Assembly (NCBI GenBank): GCA_042408785.1
Contig: JBHOQU010000110.1
Span: 2,691-66,690, forward strand
Length of the DNA: 64,000 nucleotides
Source: Dehalococcoidia bacterium
GTDB taxonomy: Bacteria > Chloroflexota > Dehalococcoidia > JAUQQI01
Direction: 5' to 3'
Shown: positions 27,569 through 37,032 of the stretch, piece after piece
Position numbering within the stretch: position 1 is the first letter of the stretch
Layout of the letters: every line of letters begins with the position of its first letter
Translations under genes and position numbers: made by a program
Notes under the pieces: model-generated
The model's input: only the letters and a program-made list of their open reading frames with translations
What the model was told of the DNA's origin: nothing
Database searches by the model: none

Positions 27569-28440
27569 TCACCAATAAGGCGGCGGCTCCGGAAGCGTCT
27601 GGCCGCACTCGCACTTTCCACCGGCCCGCTCATAGTCTGCCATGCGGCCGCACTGGGTACAGCGCATCCAGGTGGCATTGAACCGTTCACGCCCCCAGAC
27701 ACTCGTATAGCCGCCGGCCGAAAAATCCGGACCGAAGAACCTTTTCATCGCCTCGACGTGGGTGCCTTCGCGGGTCAGTCGGGCCGCGCTGGAGGCATTA
27801 TCCCAGGCGGTCACGGTTAAAAGCCGGTTACCAAAGAGAATGCCGGTCCAGCCGATGAATCCCGACATCGAAAGCATCTCGGCCGCAATCTTGCGGCTGT
27901 AATCCTTTACTTCCTCCGCTTCCTGCTCGGACCGAACCTGTATGAAGGTGACGCTAAAGGCTCCCGGCTTAGTCTTCCTGCCGCTCTGAACCGACACGGC
28001 GTAGCCGAACTGGTAGGGACCCAGGCTGTAGGGCATGACCAGGACTTGGAGTCCCAACTGGCGCGGCACTTCCCCGGCGTCGAAATATCCCCGCACCGAA
28101 TGGATTCTGCCCCCCACTACGGTGATGAAGTCCGCCCCGGGCAGGGACCGAGCGTCCGCTCGGCGGGAGGCCCTGAAAGGGGCCGGTGTTGGTGCCTATC
28201 ATCAGCCACTGAACGGCCACCTGATCATCACCGACCAGCGTCTCGCCCACGACCTCAAACGATAGGTCCGGCAATGTTTCCCACAGCCCCGAGGATAGGC
28301 CGCAATGGCTTCGCCGGTGAGCCCCTGCACCACGGGGTCATTTTACGTCCCATCCTCAGCGAAGGTTGCCATAATTCCCTTAGCATCGTGGCGGTTCCAA
28401 GCCTGAAAATACGCCTGAGCCGGTTGCAGGGCGTCCGACA
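27569..28440 (-). pseudogene. SnoaL-like ester cyclase fused to an ABM/Dabb-like domain plus C-terminal Cys4 zinc ribbon; three lesions (in-frame TAA about 28343..28345, -1 about 28283..28290, +1 about 28133..28148)
   Basis: Intact RBS and ATG at 28440 (MSDALQPAQAYFQAWNRHDAKG...); homology continues across three reading frames (ORFs 27969..28274 and 27569..28117 are pieces of it). Confidence 0.5.
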
Positions 28441-29020
28441 TCTGGGTATTCCCCTCCTTTAAGAATATTGACCTAGACACCGAGCACCATTAAACGCTAA
28501 CCCAAGATTTAACGGTCTATCCGCCATACCATTGAAGATAGCCGAGTTCTTTTTCAAGCCGCCCATTATAGACTTATTTTGCAGGATAATCTGGGAAAAC
28601 GCAATACACAAGCCTGTATGTGAGCACTCTTTGTCTCAGTTCTGACCTGACTATCGAGCACTTATTTGGTTTTAATCAAGTTGCTTGCAAGTGTGCACGG
28701 TCGAATATTCTTCCGAAGATCCTAACGATTAGCCGACAATATTACCGGATAGAACTTGCGTTCAATCTGTTCGGAACGGGCGAATTAATTTGTGCCGGCC
28801 CGCGAGCACAGGCAACAGTCCGACGACCCTCATCGTCCAGGCGGGCCAGGGTCTTGTCGGGGCCCATCTCGGGCCCGGCGTTGGCAATACGGGCGGCCTT
28901 TAAGCGGGTGGACAGCCGGGGGTGGGGTTAACCGGCGGGGCCGGTGTCCCAGGGGTATTGTTTCCCGGCCCGGGTTCTTATAGAATCTACAACAGGAATA
29001 GACCGGTTGCAGGGTGAGCG
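28441..29020. other. roughly 580-bp low-GC (about 40-50%) non-coding island; contains a start-less roughly 60-codon reading frame (minus strand, about 28760..28938) with protein-like composition, possibly a gene/transposase remnant
   Basis: Sharp compositional drop versus about 70% GC flanks; no ORF of 60 aa or more in the 28441..28620 portion. Confidence 0.4.
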
Positions 29021-29026
29021 TGGGAG

Positions 29027-29644
29027 ATGACAAATAAAGCCGACCGGACCGAGAAAGCCGATAAAAAGCGGCTCATTATCGTGGACGACGAGCCCATCAT
29101 CCGGATGGACCTGCGGGAGATGCTGACTGGCCTCGGCTACGAGGTGGTGGCCGAGGCCACCGACGGCGCCACGGCCATTACCCTGGCCAAACAGCTCAAG
29201 CCCGACCTGGTAATCATGGATATAAAGATGCCGGGCCTCGACGGCATCACCGCCGCCCGCATCATCGCCGAGGAGCGGGTCGCCCCCGTCCTGCTCCTCA
29301 CGGCCTACAGCCAGCCGGAACTGGTCGAAGGGGCCAAAAGCGCCGGTGTGATCGCCTACCTGGTCAAGCCCTTCCGGGAAAGCGACCTGGGTCCGGCCAT
29401 TGAAGTCGCCATCGAACGGTACCGGGAGCTGCAGGCCCTCGAAAAAGAGGTGGCCGACCTCAAGGACGCCCTGGAAACCCGCAAGCTGGTGGACCAGGCC
29501 AAGGGCATCCTGATGGACACCCAGGGCCTCACCGAGGCGGAGGCTTTCCGGCGCATCCAGCGGCTCTCCATGAACACCCGCCGGCCGATGAAGGAGATCG
29601 CCCAGGCCATCATCCTGGCCCACCAGCTCGGTAAGGAGCTTTGA
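29027..29644 (+). CDS. ANTAR-domain response regulator (REC receiver plus ANTAR RNA-binding antiterminator domain; AmiR/NasT/EutV-like)
   Basis: REC: LIIVDDEPIIRMDL...D(54)...KP; C-terminal ANTAR (LETRKLVDQAKGILMDTQGLTEAEAFRRIQRLSMNTRRPMKEIAQ). Confidence 0.8.
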   Translation: MTNKADRTEKADKKRLIIVDDEPIIRMDLREMLTGLGYEVVAEATDGATAITLAKQLKPDLVIMDIKMPGLDGITAARIIAEERVAPVLLLTAYSQPELVEGAKSAGVIAYLVKPFRESDLGPAIEVAIERYRELQALEKEVADLKDALETRKLVDQAKGILMDTQGLTEAEAFRRIQRLSMNTRRPMKEIAQAIILAHQLGKEL

Positions 29645-30336
29645 GCGCCCCAGGCCGGCCCGCCGGGGCCTTTCGCCTCTCGGTCCTGATCCCCGTCTAC
29701 AATGAGGTCTCCAGCATCCGGGAGGTCCTCGAGCGGGTGAGCCGGGTGCCGGTGGAGAAGGAGATTATCGTCGTCGACGACTGTTCTACCGACGGCACCG
29801 ACCGGGTCCTGGCCGACATGGCCCTCCCGGACCTTAAGGTCATCCGGCACGAAACGAACCGGGGCAAGGGTGCCGCCCTCCGCACCGCCCTTAAGGCCGC
29901 CACCGGCGACGCCGTCATCTTTCAGGACGCCGACCTGGAGTACTATCCCGAGGACTACCCCGCCCTCCTCGAGCCCATCGCCAGCGGCCGGGCCAAGGTA
30001 GTCTACGGCTACCGGGACCTCTCCACCCAGAAGCCCCTCCTGCGCTGGGGCAACCGGTTTTTAACCTGGCTCACCAACCTCCTTTACGGCAGCCGGCTGC
30101 GGGACATGGAAACGTGTTATAAGGTTCTGAGTCGGGAAGTTTACTCCCGCCTCAACATCGAATCCGACCGTTTCGAGATCGAGCCCGAAATCACGGCCAA
30201 GGTCCTGCGGTGGGGCTACGAGATCTTCGAGGTGCCGATCCGCTACTCGCCGCGCGGCGAAAAGAAGCTCTCACCCTGGAGGGATGGCCTGCCCGCCGTC
30301 CTGACGCTGGTAAGGTACCGGTTCAGGCCCGTCTAA
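29641..30336 (+). CDS. family-2 glycosyltransferase, polyprenyl-phosphate sugar synthase type (CsbB/GtrB/DPM1-like)
   Basis: TTGA start/stop overlap with the ANTAR gene; LSVLIPVYNE...VVDDCSTDGT...DADLEY (DxD) motifs. Confidence 0.8.
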   Translation: MSAPGRPAGAFRLSVLIPVYNEVSSIREVLERVSRVPVEKEIIVVDDCSTDGTDRVLADMALPDLKVIRHETNRGKGAALRTALKAATGDAVIFQDADLEYYPEDYPALLEPIASGRAKVVYGYRDLSTQKPLLRWGNRFLTWLTNLLYGSRLRDMETCYKVLSREVYSRLNIESDRFEIEPEITAKVLRWGYEIFEVPIRYSPRGEKKLSPWRDGLPAVLTLVRYRFRPV

Positions 30337-33086
30337 CCCGGGCCGACCTCCTGGCCCCCCTCCTCCTGGGCCTGGCCGTGCTCGGGGCCCACCACCGGCT
30401 CCTCGACCCCTACCTGGTCCCCTCCGGCTACGACCTGCTGACCTATTTTTACCCGTACCGGGTTGCCGTCGCCGAGGCCCTGGCCCAGGGCCGGCTGCCC
30501 CTCTGGAACCCCTACATCTTCGGGGGCTCCCCCCTCTTTGCCAACATCCAGGCGGCCGTCCTTTACCCGCCGAACCTTCTCACCCTTCCCCTGCCCCCCT
30601 TCCCGGCCTTCGTCGCCCTGATCTTCTTTCACCTGTGGCTGGCCGGCCTGGGAATGTACCTTTTCGGCCGGCTCGGGCTGGGGCTGGGGATGCCCGCCGC
30701 CCTCCTGGCCGCCCTCACCTACGGCCTGAGCGGGTTCCTCGCCCAGCAGCTGGGCCACCCCAACCAGACGGCCGCTTCCGCCTGGCTTCCCTGGGTCCTG
30801 CTGGGCACTGCCCGGCTGGTGCGGGGCGGACCCGGCTGGCTGGCCCTTACGGCCCTCTTTGTCGGGCTGCAGATTCTGGCCGGCCATCCCCAGGAGACCT
30901 ACCTCACCCTGGTGGCCGCCGGCCTCCTGGCCGCCTACGAGGCCTGGCAGGGCCGGCCCCGCCCGGTGGTTTTCCCCCTTCTGGGCTTCGGCCTGGCCGT
31001 GGCCCTCGGCTTCGGGCTGGCCGCCGTTCAGGTTCTGCCCTCCTGGGAGTTGAGCCGCCTTTCCATCCGGGGCGAGGGCCTCTCCTTCCGGGAGGCGGTG
31101 AGCTTCTCGCTGCCCCCCTGGGAGCTGCTCCGGTCCCTTCTGCCCACCTACGGGGACAACCCTTTTAACGAATTCATCGCCTACGTGGGGTTTATCCCCC
31201 TGGGGCTGGCCCTGGCCGGGGTTTTGGGGGCCGGGGGCCGGCCCCACCGTACCTACGCCCTGCTCCTGGGGGCCCTCGCCCTGGCCCTGGCGATGTCGGC
31301 CTACAACCCGCTGAGCCCGGTCCTTTACGACCTGGTGCCGGGCCTGCGGCTGTTCCGGGTGCCGGCCCGCTGGCTTTTGCTTTACACCCTGGCCGCCGCC
31401 GTCCTGGCCGGAATCGGCCTGGAGGCCGGCCTCGACAGGGGGGCCGGGGGACAGCGGGTAAAGGTGGCGGCCCTGTGGCTGGCGGGGCTGCTGGTTCTGG
31501 GGTTTATCCTTCTAAGCTGGCAGCCGGTGCTTACCCTGCCCGAGGGGCCGGCCCGGACCGTCTGGCTTCCGGCCGCGGCCCTTGCGGCCTTCCTGGCCAC
31601 CTTCTGGCCCGCGGGCCTGCCGGCCGCCCGCACCATCGGCTGGGTCCTTATTTTTGCGGCGGCGGTGGAGCTGAGTCTGGCCGTAAACGGCCTGGAGGTC
31701 ACCCGGGCCTTTCCGGCGGCCTTCCTGACGGAGGAGCGGCCGGCCCTTAGCCAGCTACGCCTCGAGCGGGAGCCGGCCGTCCTCTCCCTAGCGGACACCC
31801 GCTTCCAGCCCGGCGACTACGCCGACGTCGTCCGGGCCTGGTCCCGGGGCTACCCTGAGGCGCAGGTGGAGGAGGGCCTAATTTTCTTGAAGTATAAAGA
31901 AGCCGTTGTGCCTAACCTGGGGATGGTTTACCGGCTGCCCACCGTCGACGGCTACGACGGGGGAATGCTCCCGTCGGCCGCCTACTGGGAGTTCAAGCGG
32001 GCCTGGCTGGAATACGAGGCGGTCCGGACCGGCCGGCCCGAAATCGTCGAAAACCTCCACGCCGACTCCCAGCTCCGGTTCGACCTGGACATTATTCCCG
32101 ACTCCGCCGTCCTTTCGGGCCTGGGGGTACGGTATGTGGTGGTGGACAAGACCCGGGACCTCTGGGTCGACGGGGTTTATTACGACCTGGCCACCGCCGC
32201 CCCCCTGCGGCGGGGAGACCGCCAGGTTTACCCGCTGCCGCCGGGGACCTGGGCCACCGCCGTCGGGGTGATAAGCCGGCTGGCCCCCGAGGCCCACCCC
32301 GGCCCCGGGGAGGCCCTGGCGGCGCTGACGGTGGTTGGGCCGGGGGAGGCTTGGAGCTTTACCCTGCGGGCGGGGGTGGAGACCGGACCGGGGGCCGCCG
32401 AGGCCCGGCCGGTGAAAACCGCCGACGGCGAGGCCTATCTTAAAGTTTTCAAACTGCCCCGGCCGACCCCGGCGAGTCGGCTGGTGGTGGAGGGAGCCTC
32501 CCCGAATCGGGTCATCCTGCGGGCGTTGAGCCTGGTGGACGAGCGAACTTATGCGGTTGAGCCGGTGCCCCTCGACCCGGCCCTCAGGCTGGTCCACAGC
32601 GGCGACCTGAAGCTTTACCGGGTTCTCACCGACCGGCCGAAGGTCTACCTGGCCCGCGACTGGCAGGCCACCGCCCTGCCGGAGCAGGCCGTGCGGGCGA
32701 TGGCGCAGGGCCGGGTGGTGGTCGAGCGCCAGCTCGGGTTTCTTCCCAGCCCTTCGCCCCCCCTGGCGGGCGAGACCGTGGAGATGAGCCGGCAGACCCC
32801 CGAGGAGCTCAGGGTGCGGGTCCGCCTGCTCCGCCCGGCCCTCCTGGTTTTCGCCGAGGCCGCTTTCCCCGGCTGGACGGCCGCCGTCGACGGCCGGCCG
32901 GCGGGGCTGATCCGGGTCAATTATCTTTTCCAGGGGGTTGAGCTTCCGGCGGGCGACCACGAAGTGGCCTTCAGCTACCGGCCGGCAAGCCTCCGGCTCG
33001 GCCTGGCCGTAAGCGGAGGGTCCCTTCTGCTCTGGGCTCTGACCCTGGGCTTCGGGCTTGTGGGTGGCCGGGTCCTTAAACCCTGA
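30210..33086 (+). CDS. YfhO-family GT-C membrane glycosyltransferase (large polytopic membrane protein)
   Basis: About 950 aa; multiple TM helices then a large extracytoplasmic C-terminal domain; start uncertain (ATG 30210 overlaps the GT2 gene by 127 nt; first TM begins about 30345). Confidence 0.65.
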   Translation: MGLRDLRGADPLLAARRKEALTLEGWPARRPDAGKVPVQARLTRADLLAPLLLGLAVLGAHHRLLDPYLVPSGYDLLTYFYPYRVAVAEALAQGRLPLWNPYIFGGSPLFANIQAAVLYPPNLLTLPLPPFPAFVALIFFHLWLAGLGMYLFGRLGLGLGMPAALLAALTYGLSGFLAQQLGHPNQTAASAWLPWVLLGTARLVRGGPGWLALTALFVGLQILAGHPQETYLTLVAAGLLAAYEAWQGRPRPVVFPLLGFGLAVALGFGLAAVQVLPSWELSRLSIRGEGLSFREAVSFSLPPWELLRSLLPTYGDNPFNEFIAYVGFIPLGLALAGVLGAGGRPHRTYALLLGALALALAMSAYNPLSPVLYDLVPGLRLFRVPARWLLLYTLAAAVLAGIGLEAGLDRGAGGQRVKVAALWLAGLLVLGFILLSWQPVLTLPEGPARTVWLPAAALAAFLATFWPAGLPAARTIGWVLIFAAAVELSLAVNGLEVTRAFPAAFLTEERPALSQLRLEREPAVLSLADTRFQPGDYADVVRAWSRGYPEAQVEEGLIFLKYKEAVVPNLGMVYRLPTVDGYDGGMLPSAAYWEFKRAWLEYEAVRTGRPEIVENLHADSQLRFDLDIIPDSAVLSGLGVRYVVVDKTRDLWVDGVYYDLATAAPLRRGDRQVYPLPPGTWATAVGVISRLAPEAHPGPGEALAALTVVGPGEAWSFTLRAGVETGPGAAEARPVKTADGEAYLKVFKLPRPTPASRLVVEGASPNRVILRALSLVDERTYAVEPVPLDPALRLVHSGDLKLYRVLTDRPKVYLARDWQATALPEQAVRAMAQGRVVVERQLGFLPSPSPPLAGETVEMSRQTPEELRVRVRLLRPALLVFAEAAFPGWTAAVDGRPAGLIRVNYLFQGVELPAGDHEVAFSYRPASLRLGLAVSGGSLLLWALTLGFGLVGGRVLKP

Positions 33087-34260
33087 AGCGGTCGGCCCCG
33101 AAAACCGGGCGGTGAGGGGCGGCCCGGGGCAGGTCCGGCAGCCGGGCGTCGGCAAAGTAGGGGAAGTCAAACCGGACCTGGCCCCCGGGTTTGAGGCCCG
33201 GGACCGGCATCAGCCGGGCCGTGAGGGGCTTGCGCAGAACCGCCGAAAGGGCCGCCACATCCAGGAGGATGGCCGCAATTTCGGCCTCGGAAACGTCCTC
33301 GGGCAGCGGCACCACGTCGAGGCCGGTGCCGCAGACGGCCGAACAGGCCAGCACCGCGGCCAGGGGAAGCTTGCCCTCGGCGAACCGGCGGGCCAGAACG
33401 TTATCCTCCAGGATGGGGAGCATCAGGCCGGAGAATCCGGCCTTGCGGACCCGCAGACGGCGGAGCCGGGCGGCAACGGCGGCCGAAAGGAAGAGGGTGC
33501 CGGGACCCCCGGCTTCCCCACCCCCCAGCCGCTCCAGGGCCTCCCCGATGCTGGCCGGCGTCTCCGGGAATGGGGCCGGGGTGAGGTCCACCCCCAGGTA
33601 ACGCCAGCCCAGGCGAACGGCTAACGGCCTTACCCGCCGGCCGACCCGGGCGACGGCCTGCCGGATGGCTTTTTCCCAGGCCGCCAGCCTCGCTTCCAGG
33701 GGCTTATCGCCCCCGAAGGCTTCCACGGCCAGGTCGGCCGCTTCCAGGGCGACGGATACGGCCGGCGGCCCGCCGTCGTGGTAGGCGGCGGGCAGGAAGG
33801 GGATGCCCGGGGGGCAGTTGGCCAAAGCGGCGAACCGCAGGTTGCCGAATCCGGCTTCGGTGCGGGCGGCGACGGCCTTAATTACTCGGGCCGCCGCATC
33901 GACGGCGGCCAGGTCGACGGTGCCGTTGCGGGCGACCTCTACGGCGGCGAAGACCCGCTCCGTGGCCGCCAGCAGGTCGGCGACGGCCCCGGCCGTCCCC
34001 TCCCCCACGGCCACGGGCCCGACGGAAACGTAATCGAAGCCCAGGTTGGCGGTAACCTCCTCCAGGCGGCGGCCGAAGTCCACCAGCCGCTGGGGGCCCT
34101 GGGTGTAGGGGGGCAAGGCCAGGCGGGTAGTCTGCACCTCGTAGCCGGCCCGGGCCAGCCGCCCCCGGACGGCCGCGAGAAACTCGGGGGCAGGTTCCAG
34201 CTGGGCCGGGTCGGGCCCGGTGCCGAGGTCGGCCCCAACCGTAACCGAACGGACCTTCAC
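33076..34260 (-). CDS. DUF711 / UPF0210-like family protein (tentative)
   Basis: N-terminus MKVRSVTVGADLG resembles the UPF0210 start; Ala/Gly-rich about 390 aa protein with coding-like codon bias. Confidence 0.4.
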   Translation of the reverse strand: MKVRSVTVGADLGTGPDPAQLEPAPEFLAAVRGRLARAGYEVQTTRLALPPYTQGPQRLVDFGRRLEEVTANLGFDYVSVGPVAVGEGTAGAVADLLAATERVFAAVEVARNGTVDLAAVDAAARVIKAVAARTEAGFGNLRFAALANCPPGIPFLPAAYHDGGPPAVSVALEAADLAVEAFGGDKPLEARLAAWEKAIRQAVARVGRRVRPLAVRLGWRYLGVDLTPAPFPETPASIGEALERLGGGEAGGPGTLFLSAAVAARLRRLRVRKAGFSGLMLPILEDNVLARRFAEGKLPLAAVLACSAVCGTGLDVVPLPEDVSEAEIAAILLDVAALSAVLRKPLTARLMPVPGLKPGGQVRFDFPYFADARLPDLPRAAPHRPVFGADRFRV

Positions 34261-35978
34261 CGTCCCAGCCGCCGACCCAGCATCCGGCCCAGGGTGGTAC
34301 GCAGGTAGTTTTCGTACTGGCCGACCCGGCGGAACTTCTCGTAGCGGGCCTTAAGGAGCCGGCCGGCCGGCTGCCGTTCCAGCTCCGAAAGCTCGGCCAG
34401 GATTGCCGACCGGAGCTCCCGGGCGGTTGCGGCCGGGTCCACGTGGGCCCCACCGGGGGGCTCCGAAACCAGCCGGTCGATGAGCCCCAGCTCCTTCAGG
34501 TCCCGGGCGGTGAGCCGCAGGGCCTGGGCCACCTCGGCCGCCCGGGAGGCGTCCCGGTAGAGGATGGCCGCCGCCCCCTCCGGGGCGATAACCTCGAAGG
34601 TGGCGTTTTCCAGCATTATGATCCGGTCGGCCAGGGCGAGGGCGAGGGCCCCGCCGCTTGCCCCCTCCCCGATTACCACCGCCACCGTGGGCACCGGAAG
34701 CTCGCTCAGGGTTGCCAGGCACTCGGCGATGGCCCCGGCCAGCCCCCGTTCCTCCGACTCCAGGCCGGGGTAGGCCCCCGGGGTATCGATCAGGGTGATG
34801 AGGGGCAGGCCGAACTTCCCGGCCAGGGCCATTATCCGGCGGGCCTTCCGGTAGCCTTCGGGCATGGCCCGGCCGTCCCGGCCCGTCCGCTCCTGGCCTA
34901 TGACGGCCACCGCCCGGCCGGCGAACTCCCCGATCCCGGCCACCACGGCCGGGTCATCGGCGTAGAGCCGGTCGCCGTGGAGCTCGATAAAGCTGCTCAA
35001 AAGGTGGCCGATGAGGGTCCGGGCCGTGGGCCGCCGGACGTCCCGGGCCCGCTGAACCACATCCCAGGCCCTTTCGGCCTCCGCCTTCAGGGGCTCCTCC
35101 GCCCAGCGCCGGGCCGCCGGGGTAAAGCCGGCCCGGGCGGTGAGGAGTCGGAGCAGTTCGGCCAGGGTCGCCCGGAGCCGGGGCCTGGGCACCACCATGT
35201 CCAGCTGACCGTGGGCCAGCATGAACTCAGCCCGCTGGGCCTCCGGGGGCAGCTTCTGGCCGATGGTCTGCTCGATAACCCGGGGGCCGCTGAAGCCGAT
35301 AAGGGCCCCGGGCTCGGCCAGGACCACGTCCCCCAGGCTGGCAAAGCTCGCCAGAACCCCGCCCGTGGTGGGGTCGGTCAGAACGGAGATGTAGGGGATG
35401 CGGGCCTGGTGGAGGCGGCGGGCGGCCGCGGCCGTCTTGGCCATCTGCATCAGGGAAAGCATCCCCTCCTGCATCCTGGCCCCGCCACTGGCGGCCACCG
35501 TTATCGCCGGCTGCTTTCGACGCAGGGCCCGCTCGAAGGTTCGGGCCACCTTCTCCCCGACCACCGACCCCATGCTGCCCCCCAGAAACTCAAACTCCAT
35601 AACCGCAACCACTACCGGCTGGCCGTCGACGGTGCCGGTGCCGCTAATAACCGCCTCGGTGAGGCCCGTCCGATGCTGGGCCTCCGCCAGGCGCTCATGG
35701 TAGGAGACCCGGTCGGTGAACCGCAGGGGGTCGGCGGAGGCGAGCCAGCGGTCGGTCTCCCGGAAGCTTCCGGGGTCCAGCAGGAGGCTGAGCCGCTGGC
35801 GGGCCGAAATCCGGAAGTGGTGGCCGCACCGCCCGCAGACCCGATAGCGCTTAAAGTCCGGCTGCGACTCCAGGTCGGCCCCGCACTGGGGGCAGGCGGT
35901 GGGCTCGGCCGGGGGCCCTTCCCCGCCTTCCCGCCGGCCGAAGATCGAGGTCACCAATTGGGGCAGCCTGTCCACCAT
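34257..35978 (-). CDS. acetyl-CoA carboxylase carboxyltransferase, fused beta (AccD) plus alpha (AccA) subunits
   Basis: N-terminal C4 zinc finger CPQCG...CGRCGHH and AccD domain, then AccA domain (PTARTLIGHL...GEGASGGALAL) in one 573-aa ORF. Confidence 0.8.
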   Translation of the reverse strand: MVDRLPQLVTSIFGRREGGEGPPAEPTACPQCGADLESQPDFKRYRVCGRCGHHFRISARQRLSLLLDPGSFRETDRWLASADPLRFTDRVSYHERLAEAQHRTGLTEAVISGTGTVDGQPVVVAVMEFEFLGGSMGSVVGEKVARTFERALRRKQPAITVAASGGARMQEGMLSLMQMAKTAAAARRLHQARIPYISVLTDPTTGGVLASFASLGDVVLAEPGALIGFSGPRVIEQTIGQKLPPEAQRAEFMLAHGQLDMVVPRPRLRATLAELLRLLTARAGFTPAARRWAEEPLKAEAERAWDVVQRARDVRRPTARTLIGHLLSSFIELHGDRLYADDPAVVAGIGEFAGRAVAVIGQERTGRDGRAMPEGYRKARRIMALAGKFGLPLITLIDTPGAYPGLESEERGLAGAIAECLATLSELPVPTVAVVIGEGASGGALALALADRIIMLENATFEVIAPEGAAAILYRDASRAAEVAQALRLTARDLKELGLIDRLVSEPPGGAHVDPAATARELRSAILAELSELERQPAGRLLKARYEKFRRVGQYENYLRTTLGRMLGRRLGR

Positions 35979-36069
35979 GCCTCCTTTGCCAACGTCCGGA
36001 AGACTCCTGACTCTAGAATAGGCCGCGGCTTACTTGCTGTCAAAGCCGCCCGGCCTTATCATACCGGGG

Positions 36070-37032
36070 ATGGGCACTAAAGTCGTCTTCGGCCTCGGGT
36101 ATATCGGGTCCGAGCTTGCCCGCCGCCTCCTGCTGGCCGGCCACCGGGTTGTGGGCTTCGACAGCGGGTTCAATACCCCACCGGCCGCCTGGGAGGGCCT
36201 CAAGGCCCTGGGTGAGTTCGAGATAGTCCGGGGGGACGTGGCCGACCCGGGGGCGGTGGGGGAGGCCTTTCGCCGGGCCCGCGGGGCCGACGGGGTATTT
36301 TTCACGGCCGCCCAGGCCAGCGCCCACCCCGAGGCCGCCCCCTGGGAGTACACCGAGCGGACCAATATTGTGGGCTTTCGAACGGCCCTCGACCTGGCGG
36401 TGCAGGCCGGGGTGGGCAGGTTCGTTTACGCCAGCTCCTTAAAGGTTCACGGCTCGCCGCTGCCGGCCCGGGTGGGCCCCGAAACCCCGTACCGCTGGTC
36501 GGGGGACCCGGTCCACTGGACCCAGGCCTTTAATGAGGGCCTCCTCCGGTACCGGGCGGGGCGGGGCGGCCTGCGGGGGGTGGCGGTACGGCTAGGGGTC
36601 GTCTACGGGGTGGGGATGGTGATGCGCACCGACCCCAGGTTTATAACCGTGGTCAACCGCTTCTGCCTGGCGGCCGTCCGGGGCGAGCCCCTCCACGTCC
36701 ACCCCGAGGCCGTGGGCTACCAGGCCTTCGTCCACCTGCGGGATGCCGTCAGCGGCCTGCTGGCCGCGGCCGAACTTCCCGCCGAAACCCCTTTTGCGGC
36801 CCTCCCCCTGGCCACGGGCTTTTTTACGGTTTCGCAGGTCGCCCGGGTTGTCAGTCGGGCCGCCCGCCGGCGGGGCCTTAAGGTTCAGGTTATCGACCGG
36901 GCACCCCGGACCCGGTACCCGCGCCCCAGCCTGGAGCCCGGAAGCGGCCGGCTACTCCCGGCCCGGCCGGTGTCCCTGGCCGAGGGGGTGGAGGAGCTTT
37001 TAGACTACTGGGTGCGGAGCCTTTCCGAATGA
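36070..37032 (+). CDS. NAD-dependent epimerase/dehydratase (extended SDR)
   Basis: ATG 36070; Rossmann motif GLGYIGSEL; about 320 aa. Confidence 0.7.
   Translation: MGTKVVFGLGYIGSELARRLLLAGHRVVGFDSGFNTPPAAWEGLKALGEFEIVRGDVADPGAVGEAFRRARGADGVFFTAAQASAHPEAAPWEYTERTNIVGFRTALDLAVQAGVGRFVYASSLKVHGSPLPARVGPETPYRWSGDPVHWTQAFNEGLLRYRAGRGGLRGVAVRLGVVYGVGMVMRTDPRFITVVNRFCLAAVRGEPLHVHPEAVGYQAFVHLRDAVSGLLAAAELPAETPFAALPLATGFFTVSQVARVVSRAARRRGLKVQVIDRAPRTRYPRPSLEPGSGRLLPARPVSLAEGVEELLDYWVRSLSE

Noticed and set aside
27210-27569. ORFs 27289..27702 - and 27386..27820 + between the two pseudogenes
   Set aside because: Both have junk composition. The region appears to be degraded non-coding DNA within the decay tract.
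28620-28983. ORFs 28620..28931 + and 28792..28983 + inside the low-GC island
   Set aside because: No RBS, atypical codon usage, and the coding-like signal is on the opposite strand, where a remnant frame lies. Treated as non-coding or remnant.
28441-29020. Low-GC island considered as a tRNA, CRISPR array or intact IS element
   Set aside because: There is no cloverleaf-compatible sequence, no direct repeats or spacers, no terminal inverted repeats and no intact transposase ORF. Only a start-less roughly 60-codon fragment is present.
30210-30336. Whether the YfhO-like gene really starts at ATG 30210, 127 nt inside the GT2 gene
   Set aside because: This is not resolved. The first TM helix (about 30345) requires a start upstream of 30378, and no canonical in-frame start lies between the GT2 stop and that helix. 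I kept 30210 but with lowered confidence; a non-canonical start or a local frameshift is possible.
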